Shown: piece after piece, positions 1 through 7,372 of the stretch
How positions within the stretch are numbered: position 1 is the first letter of the stretch
How the letters are laid out: each line of letters opens with the position of its first letter
Origin: Macrostomum lignano
Taxonomy: Eukaryota
Direction: 5' to 3'
Assembly (NCBI GenBank): GCA_002269645.1
Contig: NIVC01004089.1
Coordinates: 1 to 34,143 of the forward strand
DNA: 34,143 bases
The notes under the pieces: generated by a model
Database searches by the model: none
Told to the model about the DNA's origin: nothing
The model's input: the letters and a program-made list of their open reading frames with translations, nothing else
Program-made: the position numbers and the translations under genes

Positions 1-140
1 ATCTGACGACACCGTGGAGACAGGGCCTTGTAAGAGCGGTTTCCGCACCAGCATTCTTATCACTATCGCGCAACACCGAGGGACACTGCCAAAAGAATGT
101 GAAGAAGGTTACTAGCCCTGCAGATCGAAGAAAGCAACTG
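1..140 (+). CDS. Partial exon (module type A) of the Cys/Lys-rich repeat protein gene; frameshifted as written
   Basis: Frame 2 gives SDDTVETGPCKSGFRTSI; another frame gives RNTEGHCQKNVKKVTS. Both match module A (GPC..GFR.NI.Y...R..EG.C). About 3 missing bases are needed to restore the frame. GTGAGT donor at 141. Confidence 0.55.
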
Positions 141-214
141 GTGAGTTTCTGGTTTAGATTGGCTGCTGACAGTAGCAAACGAGTGTGATTTTGCTGCTCA
201 AAAACTCATTGCAG

Positions 215-385
215 AATGCCCTCCAAAGCGAGTGAAGAAGGTCGGAGGCTGCGAGGACCGGATCCAAAGGTGGCTCACAGTCTACTTCGAGTGGAACAAG
301 CTCAAGGGTCGGTGCGTGAAGAAGTTCAGAGCGAGAGAAAAACCGTGTAGAGAGGCTGCCTCAGGATCTACAGGAGCTGCAAAGA
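215..385 (+). CDS. Exon, module B (CPPKRVKKVGGC...RCVKKFRAREKPC)
   Basis: TTGCAG acceptor ends at 214; A|GTGAGT donor at 386; 171 nt, phase 1-1, open frame. Confidence 0.8.
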
Positions 386-486
386 GTGAGTAGACCAACT
401 AATTATCTCGAGCACGTACTGTACTTAGCCACAATTCCGGTACAACAGTCGAGCTACAATACTTCTCAATCTTCAATCGTTACCAG

Positions 487-828
487 GTAAAAAGTGTCCG
501 AAGCGACGAGTGATGGAGCCCGGACCGTGCATTGACGGATCCAGAAAGGTGCTCGTCGAGCATTATGAGTACAGTGAGAAGCGAGGTCGCTGTATCGCTC
601 ACAGAGACCTCATGCATCAGAAGTGCGGCGAGAAGGCCAAGAAGAAAAAGAAGAAGTCTACTCCCGGAGTCGACTTGAAGCACGAGTGTCCGGAGAAGAC
701 GGTCAATCAGGGAGCGTGTCGGAAGGGGGGCTACAGGACAGTGAACACAGTGTACTTTGTGTTTGTGAAGGCTCTGGGTCGATGTGTGAGGAAGGTCAAA
801 CAGGAGGACGAGAAGTGCGCCTTGCTGG
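487..828 (+). CDS. Exon, modules C1+C2 with poly-Lys linker
   Basis: ACCAG acceptor ends at 486; G|GTAAG donor at 829; 342 nt, phase 1-1; overlaps ORF 510..851. Confidence 0.85.
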
Positions 829-1289
829 GTAAGACATTAGCAATATTTTAATCAAAAAAAATTTTTCGATATGATTTTTTGATCCCCACTGTACCATGCA
901 GTACGAGTAATTCTATATTGTCTTGTATGTTGTTTTACCTTGCACTTAACGGTATTAGCTACTGCATTTAGCGCTTGTACTCTGCCTTTATGGCGAGACT
1001 GATATTTTCAGTCAGTCAGAAAGGCAGAAACTGCTGCAAAGACGTACTATAAATATTTTGATTGTCTCCGGATCTGTTCTTCTGTCTGAGTGTGGCACCA
1101 CACCAAGGCAGGATTTTTAAACACCTCAGGGACCAATTTCATGAAGCACTGCTAACTGTTACACTGTATTTCACAGCTGCTAGTGAACTTTTGGTTTTAT
1201 GAGTCTAGCTGTTGTAAACAGATTTTTACCAGCCTGCTAACTTTTGTCTTCACGAGCTAAAGTTTAGCATCCTTGATAGGCGACTAAGA

Positions 1290-1605
1290 ATGGAGATTCC
1301 ACTTTTCGACGCGCTTCAAGCAGCTGATCTCCCGGTCGATAGTCGTCTGCCGAGAGAGTTTAAAGATCGCATGAATTTCGCCGCCGCTGATGACTTTTAG
1401 CAGCGCTTCCGAATGAACCCAGAATTACGTTCAATTTCTGGCGGGGGTCTTTTGGCCCGAAGTTGGAATACGATGCGCCAAGAAGTAGAAGCTTGAGCGC
1501 ACGTGAGCAAACGCTGACCACTTTGCGATGCTACGCACCCATTAGTTTCTATCAGACGTACTCTGGGATGCAAATGGGCCTTCTGAATCGACAGTGACAA
1601 ATTTG
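1290..1605 (+). pseudogene. Degenerate PIF/Harbinger (HARBI1-like) transposase N-terminal fragment in intron
   Basis: Across one stop and two frameshifts it reads MEIPLFDA..RLPREFKDRMN...DDF*QRFRMNPEL / FNF....GPKL....RSRSLSAREQTLTTLRCYA...FY / GDANGPSESTV. This resembles the Harbinger N-terminal pattern F..RFRM...F..L...LS...QLL..LRYYA.G....GD..G.S.STV (recognised from memory). Confidence 0.6.
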
Positions 1606-2491
1606 AATTCGAAGTCACGAAATGCCGCTTCACTGGCCCAACGTCAGCGAGCTCCGAATATTTGAGCCTTCTCGCTTTAAAAGAGCCATATTCGCCCCCA
1701 CATACATGTAGATGTTTGCCTATGGCACAACCTGCTGTTAACTGGCTGGCTCTGCTAGTTAGCAGCTCAGACATGAAACCAAAGTTTCTCTCAACAGTCG
1801 GTTAGCAGCGTGAAGTGGGCCCAAAAGTGTATTTTTTGAAACAAATAGGTACGCTCGTAATGATTGCATTTTTTGCGCCCACCGTTACTACACTTATAGC
1901 GCTTCACTTACTTCATGTAATCTTAGTATGCGCAGCAGGGTTGAGGTCAGCATCCAATGAATTATTATCCGTTGCTCTGTTTAAAAGCTTAAAAGTTCGT
2001 GCACCTGCAATTTGTCGTTGGTCTTAACAGCTCTCGCCATGGCTTGAATAGCTTGTATGCATCAGGATCTAATGTACACGTACTTTGATCTTGATGTAGT
2101 GAAAGTTTTTGTGTACGCTCGTATAAACATAACGCAAAAATTTTAATACCCGAACGCATGGCGACAAATTGAGGGATAGCTACGATTTTCTACTAAACGC
2201 ATTCAAGCCTTTTTTTCTTAGAACAATGATTCGTCCACAAAAGGATATTTCATCTACATATTTAGGCCTGTAATTTTTTCATACATCATCATTGATTACG
2301 AGTATGTATCGAATTATAACGTTAAGCAGGGCTTTAACAACTACAAGTAGTTTACAATACTCACAGTAATGAAGTAAAAACTGAAATACGGATTTTTCGC
2401 AAAAGTCTGCTTCTTTGAGTGCAGGCGTTTACTTGTGAAGCTAAAAAGCAAATTTATATGATATAATATACACTTTATATTGAAAATTCAG

Positions 2492-2653
2492 TGAAAAACA
2501 AGAGCTGCCCAGCGGACGTCACTCAAGAAGTCGGACCCTGCGTGAACGGGTACCGCACTAACATCGTCTACACATTCAAGAGAGATCTGGAAGGTCGATG
2601 CGAGAAAAAGTCCAAGAAGATCACAATCACTTGCAGTGATGAGAAAGCCAAAG
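2492..2653 (+). CDS. Exon, module A (CPADVTQEVGPCVNGYRTNIVY...C)
   Basis: TTCAG acceptor ends at 2491; G|GTAAAT donor at 2654; 162 nt, phase 1-1. Confidence 0.8.
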
Positions 2654-2731
2654 GTAAATGCGAGAGTACGTATTTGCATTTTTCCAGGTAGTTCTGGATT
2701 AACAATGAATTGCCAATTTCGATAATTTCAG

Positions 2732-2902
2732 TCTGCCCTCCAAAGCGAGTGAAAAAGGTCGGAGGCTGCGAGGACCGGATCCAAAGGTGGCTCACAGTCT
2801 ACTTCGAGTGGAACAAGCTCAAGGGTCGGTGCGTGAAGAAGTTCAGAGCGAGAGAAAAACCGTGTGGAGAGGCTGCCTCAGGATCTACAGGAGCTGCAAA
2901 GA
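2732..2902 (+). CDS. Exon, module B (copy 2)
   Basis: TTTCAG acceptor ends at 2731; GTGAGT donor at 2903; 171 nt. Confidence 0.8.
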
Positions 2903-3003
2903 GTGAGTAGACCAACTAATTATCTCGAGCACGTACTGTACTTAGCCACAATTCCGGTACAACAGTCGAGCTACAATACTTCTCAATCTTCAATCGTCTC
3001 CAG

Positions 3004-3345
3004 GTAAAAAGTGCCCGAAGCGACGAGTGATGGAGCCCGGACCGTGCATTGACGGATCCAGAAAGGTGCTCGTCGAGCACTATGAGTACAGTGAGAAGCG
3101 AGGTCGCTGTATCGCTCACAGAGACTTCATGCATCAGAAGTGCGGCGAGAAGGCCAAGAAGAAAAAGAAGAAGTCTACTCCCGGAGTCGACCTGAAGCAC
3201 GAGTGTCCGGAGAAGACGGTCAACCAGGGCGCGTGTCGGAAGGGGGGCTACAGGACAGTGAGCACAGTGTACTTTGTGTTTGTGAAGGCTCTGGGTCGAT
3301 GTGTGAGGAAGGTCAAGCAGGAGGACGAGAAGTGCGCCTTGCTGG
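3004..3345 (+). CDS. Exon, modules C1+C2 (copy 2)
   Basis: CTCCAG acceptor ends at 3003; GTAAG donor at 3346; 342 nt. Confidence 0.85.
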
Positions 3346-3808
3346 GTAAGACATTAGCAATATTTTAATCAAAAAATAATTTTTCGATATGATTTTTTGA
3401 TCCCCACTGTACCATGCAGTACGAGTAATTCTATCTTGTCTTGTATGTTGTTTTACCTTGCACTTAATGGTATTAGCTACTGCATTTAACCGCTTGTACT
3501 CTACCTTTATGGCGAGACTGATATTTTCAGTCAGGCAGAAAGGCAGAAACTGCTGCAAAGACGTACTATAAATGTTTTGATTGTCTCCGGAACTGTTCTT
3601 CTGTCTGAGTGTGGCACCACACCAAGGCAGGATTTTTAAACACCTCAGGGACCAATTTCATGAAGCACTGCTAACTGTTACACTGTATTTCACAGCTGCT
3701 AGTGAACTTTTGGTTTTATGAGTCTAGCTGTTGTAAACAGATTTTTACCAGCCTGCTAACTTTTGTCTTCACGAGCTAAAGTTTAGCATCCTTGATAGGC
3801 GACTAAGA

Positions 3809-4124
3809 ATGGAGATTCCACTTTTCGACGCGCTTCAAGCAGCTGATCTCCCGGTCGATAGTCGTCTGCCGAGAGAGTTTAAAGATCGCATGAATTTCGC
3901 CGCCGCTGATGACTTTTAGCAGCGCTTCCGAATGAACCCAGAATTACGTTCAATTTCTGGCGGGGGTCTTTTGGCCCGAAGTTGGAATACGATGCGCCAA
4001 GAAGTAGAAGCTTGAGCGCACGTGAGCAAACGCTGACCACTTTGCGATGCTACGCACCCATTAGTTTCTATCAGACGTACTCTGGGATGCAAATGGGCCT
4101 TCTGAATCGACAGTGACAAATTTG
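3809..4124 (+). pseudogene. Second copy of the Harbinger-like transposase remnant (co-duplicated with the cassette)
   Basis: Near-identical to 1290-1605, with the same stop and frameshifts. Confidence 0.6.
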
Positions 4125-5015
4125 AATTCGAAGTCACGAAATGCCGCTTCACTGGCCCAACGTCAGCGAGCTCCGAATATTTGAGCCTTCTCGCTTTAAA
4201 AGAGCCATATTCGCCCCCACATACATGTAGATGTTTGCCTATGGCACAACCTTGCTGTTAACTGGCTGGCTCTGCTAGTTAGCAGCTCAGACATGAAACC
4301 AAAGTTTCTCTCAACAGTCGGTTAGCAGCGTGAAGTGGGCCCAAAAGTGTATTTTTTGAAACAAATAGGTACGCTCGTAATGATTGCATTTTTTGCGCCC
4401 ACCGTTACTACACTTATAGCGCTTCACTTACTTCATGTAATCTTAGTATGCGCAGCAGGGTTGAGGTCAGCATCCAATGAATTATTATCCGTTGCTCTGT
4501 TTAAAAGCTTAAAAGTTCGTGCACCTGCAATTTGTCGTTGGTCTTAACAGCTCTCGCCATGGCTTGAATAGCTTGTATGCATCAGGATCTAATGTACACG
4601 TACTTTGATCTTGATGTAGTGAAAGTTTTTGTGTACGCTCGTATAAACATAACGCAAAAATTTTAATACCCGAACGCATGGCGACAAATTGAGGGATAGC
4701 TACGATTTTCTACTAAACGCATTCAAGCCTTTTTTTCTTAGAACAACAATGATTCGTCCACAAAAGGATATTTCATCTACATATTTAGGCCTGTAATTTT
4801 TTCATACATCGTCATTGATTACGAGTATGTATCGAATTATGACGTTAAGCAGGGCTTTAACAAGTGCAAGTAGTTTACAATACTCACAGTAATGAAGTAA
4901 AAACTGAAATACGGATTTTTCGCCATAGTCTGCTTCTTTTAAGTGCAGGCGTTTACTTCTGAAGCTAAAAAGCAAAGTTATATGATATAATATACACTTT
5001 ATATTGAAAATTCAG

Positions 5016-5177
5016 TGAAAAACAAGAGCTGCCCAGCGGACGTCACTCAAGAAGTCGGACCCTGCGTGAACGGGTACCGCACTAACATCGTCTACACATT
5101 CAAGAGAGATCTGGAAGGTCGATGCGAGAAAAAGTCCAAGAAGATCACAATCACTTGCAGTGATGAGAAAGCCAAAG
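5016..5177 (+). CDS. Exon, module A (copy 2)
   Basis: TTCAG acceptor ends at 5015; GTAAAT donor at 5178; 162 nt. Confidence 0.8.
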
Positions 5178-5255
5178 GTAAATACGACAGTACGTGTTTG
5201 AATTTTTCCAGGTAGTTCTGGATTAACACTGAATTGCCCATTTCGATAATTTCAG

Positions 5256-5426
5256 TCTGCCCTCCAAAGCGAGTGAAGAAGGTCGGAGGCTGCGAGGACC
5301 GGATCCAAAGGTGGCTCACAGTCTATTTCGAGTGGAACAAGCTCAAGGGTCGGTGCGTGAAGAAGTTCAGAGCGAGAGAAAAACCGTGTAGAGAGGCTGC
5401 CTCAGGATCTACAGGAGCTGCAAAGA
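5256..5426 (+). CDS. Exon, module B (copy 3)
   Basis: TTTCAG acceptor ends at 5255; GTGAGT donor at 5427; 171 nt. Confidence 0.8.
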
Positions 5427-5527
5427 GTGAGTAGACCAACTAATTATCTCGAGCACGTACTGTACTTAGCCACAATTCCGGTACAACAGTCGAGCTACAA
5501 TACTTCTCAATCTTCAATCGTTACCAG

Positions 5528-5869
5528 GTAAAAAGTGTCCGAAGCGACGAGTGATGGAGCCCGGACCGTGCATTGACGGATCCAGAAAGGTGCTCGTCGA
5601 GCACTATGAGTACAGTGAGAAGCGAGGTCGCTGTATCGCTCACAGAGACTTCATGCATCAGAAGTGCGGCGAGAAGGCCAAGAAGAAAAAGAAGAAGTCT
5701 ACTCCCGGAGTCGACTTGAAGCACGAGTGTCCGGAGAAGACGGTCAATCAGGGCGCGTGTCGGAAGGGGGGCTACAGGACAGTGAGCACAGTGTACTTTG
5801 TGTTTGTGAAGGCTCTGGGTCGATGTGTGAGGAAGGTCAAACAGGAGGACGAGAAGTGCGCTCTCTTGG
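5528..5869 (+). CDS. Exon, modules C1+C2 (copy 3)
   Basis: ACCAG acceptor ends at 5527; G|GTGAGT donor at 5870; 342 nt. Confidence 0.85.
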
Positions 5870-5928
5870 GTGAGTTGTTGCTTCTTTAGAGCATGCTTCA
5901 TATTTGGGTGTGAGCGCTGGATTTAAGC

Positions 5929-6124
5929 TGTAGTCTGGCTTGTTGGTGCGCGTGCACTTAGATGTGCACGTCTGGCTGGTTTGGGGGTTGGGGTTTAGCG
6001 CTGCGGCGTGTGCGTGCTTAGGGTGGTTACACCCACCCCAACTTTGGCAATAAATATATTGGCGTGAGCCAGTGAGGTCTCCTCACGTTTTGTTATTCTC
6101 TGCAATTCAACCCACGGTCTTACA
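5929..6124 (+). repeat. 5' LTR (196 bp)
   Basis: TGTAGTCTGG...GGTCTTACA; identical by eye to 11067-11262; contains AATAAA. Confidence 0.96.
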
Positions 6125-6125
6125 C

Positions 6126-6138
6126 TGGTGGCAGCGGT
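6126..6138 (+). promoter_or_regulatory. Primer-binding site complementary to the tRNA-Leu 3' end
   Basis: TGGTGGCAGCGGT, 1 nt after the LTR; its reverse complement ACCGCTGCCA-CCA matches the 3' end of eukaryotic tRNA-Leu (AAG/TAG type). Confidence 0.85.
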
Positions 6139-6144
6139 CTCAGT

Positions 6145-7326
6145 ATGGCCAAATCAGAGCAAGCCAGTTTATTGCCTCCAAAGTTCAGCGGCGACTCCAA
6201 CGTGAGAATGTGGCTAAGCACGTTTGAGGACTTCGCCGACGACTGCGAATGGGACGACAAGAAGAAGGCAAAGAAGCTGAGACTGCTGGTGACAGGAGAA
6301 GCGCAAATCTTCGTCTGGGAGCAGCCGGCAGACGTGTCAGCCAGCTATGAAAGGCTGAAGGAGAAGCTGATCGAGTGCTTCGGCAACAGTCTGAGCTGCT
6401 ACAGAGCAATGGAGGAGTTTGAAGAGCGAAAGCGACAGCCCAACGAGTCGCTGAGGGAGCTCGCCTACAGCCTGAAGCTTCTCCACCTTCGGGCCCGCCC
6501 GGACGACTCCGTGGCGGCTCGGGAAAAGGACGTGAAGTTTCGTCTGATGCGCCTCCTGCCATCTGCCGTGAGAGATGCGCTGTTGAAGGACCAGGACGCG
6601 GACTCGTGTTCGCTGGCCGCCATCGTCGACAGAGCTGCGCAGCTTGAGCTGGTGAGCCACGCAACTACAGCCTCATCAGCCGCGGTGTCGGTAGAAGACA
6701 GACGGCTGAGCCAGCTGGAGCAGCAGATGCAGCAGCTGACAGCCGGGGTGGCACGAGACCAGCGTCCACGTCGCGCCCCTGGACACCCCGCCAATGTGGC
6801 AGGAGCTCCGTGCGTCCCTGCCATCGACGGGGTGACGAATTGGTCTCACCTCCGGGTATGCAGCCTGGGAGAGCTGTCCCCCAACGTTGGGTTGGCGGTG
6901 GATGGCGGTTTTTACAGCGTAAGTCGGTCTGCGGAGGAGCCCTGCGCACCGGGACTCGGGTCCCCACGCTCTCTGGCCACCCGCCGCAGGCCGCAAATTG
7001 GATTCCGCCGTCTACTGCCCGCCCGCGCAGGGTCAGCGCCCCGGCTGCATGGGGCTACGCCCCCGGTCCTATTAGCTACGTCTAGCTACAATGTCCGTGA
7101 CCCGAAAAAGAAAGAAAGAAAGCTGACAGCCAGCGTGCGAACGGGACCACCCGGAAGAGACAGGCGTCAGAAGGGACCCATTAGGTGCTTCAGCTGCGGC
7201 GAGCCGGGTCACATTGCTAGGCGGTGCCCAAAGGCGATCGGCAGCCGCTGCAGCCGGTGCTCAGGCAAGGGTCACTCCGCCGCGGTGTGCCCGACACCAA
7301 CTGGTCAGCCGCAGGGAAACTTCTGA
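6145..7326 (+). CDS. gag: Gag with two CCHC zinc knuckles, carrying a 129-codon in-frame insertion
   Basis: PPKFSGD..V..WL..FE capsid-like start; CFSCGEPGHIARRC and CSRCSGKGHSAAVC knuckles. Confidence 0.9.
   Translation: MAKSEQASLLPPKFSGDSNVRMWLSTFEDFADDCEWDDKKKAKKLRLLVTGEAQIFVWEQPADVSASYERLKEKLIECFGNSLSCYRAMEEFEERKRQPNESLRELAYSLKLLHLRARPDDSVAAREKDVKFRLMRLLPSAVRDALLKDQDADSCSLAAIVDRAAQLELVSHATTASSAAVSVEDRRLSQLEQQMQQLTAGVARDQRPRRAPGHPANVAGAPCVPAIDGVTNWSHLRVCSLGELSPNVGLAVDGGFYSVSRSAEEPCAPGLGSPRSLATRRRPQIGFRRLLPARAGSAPRLHGATPPVLLATSSYNVRDPKKKERKLTASVRTGPPGRDRRQKGPIRCFSCGEPGHIARRCPKAIGSRCSRCSGKGHSAAVCPTPTGQPQGNF
6745..6847 (+). ncRNA. HDV-like self-cleaving ribozyme (predicted fold)
   Basis: P1 GGGGU(G) 6745-6750 / (C)GCCCC 6774-6779; P2 GAGACCA 6755-6761 / UGGUCUC 6841-6847; P3 GCG/CGC around L3 UCCACGU 6765-6771; P1.1 CC 6766-6767 / GG 6781-6782; P4 CACCCCG 6784-6790 / CGGGGUG 6828-6834 plus UGGCAGG 6797-6803 / CCUGCCA 6817-6823; J4/2 ACGAAU with putative catalytic C6836. 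Confidence 0.8.
6745..7120 (+). mobile_element. Short non-autonomous non-LTR retroposon (SINE-like) nested in gag
   Basis: Flanked by the direct repeat AGCTGACAGCC (6734-6744 and 7121-7131); 3' tail GAAAAAGAAAGAAAGAA (7104-7120). Removing insert plus one TSD restores ..QQLTA|SVRTGPP.. of gag. Confidence 0.85.
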
Positions 7327-7372
7327 GGGTCGGCAGCCTGGGGCCAGCACCGACCCGCTCAAAAGGGGCCCT
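7314..7372 (+). promoter_or_regulatory. Programmed -1 ribosomal frameshift signal (slippery heptamer plus stem/pseudoknot)
   Basis: G GGA AAC (7314-7320) in the gag frame; 6-nt spacer; GGGTCGG 7327-7333 / CCGACCC 7350-7356 stem; pol is in the -1 frame. Confidence 0.85.

Larger units (their letters stand above)
217..5861 (+). repeat. Tandem duplication of a ~2.52-kb three-exon cassette (~2.2 copies; periods 2517 and 2524 bp)
   Basis: Near-identical sequence recurs at 217/2734/5258 (exon B), 510/3027/5551 (exon C) and 2492/5016 (exon A), including the 1.66-kb intron. Identity ends near 5861. Confidence 0.95.
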
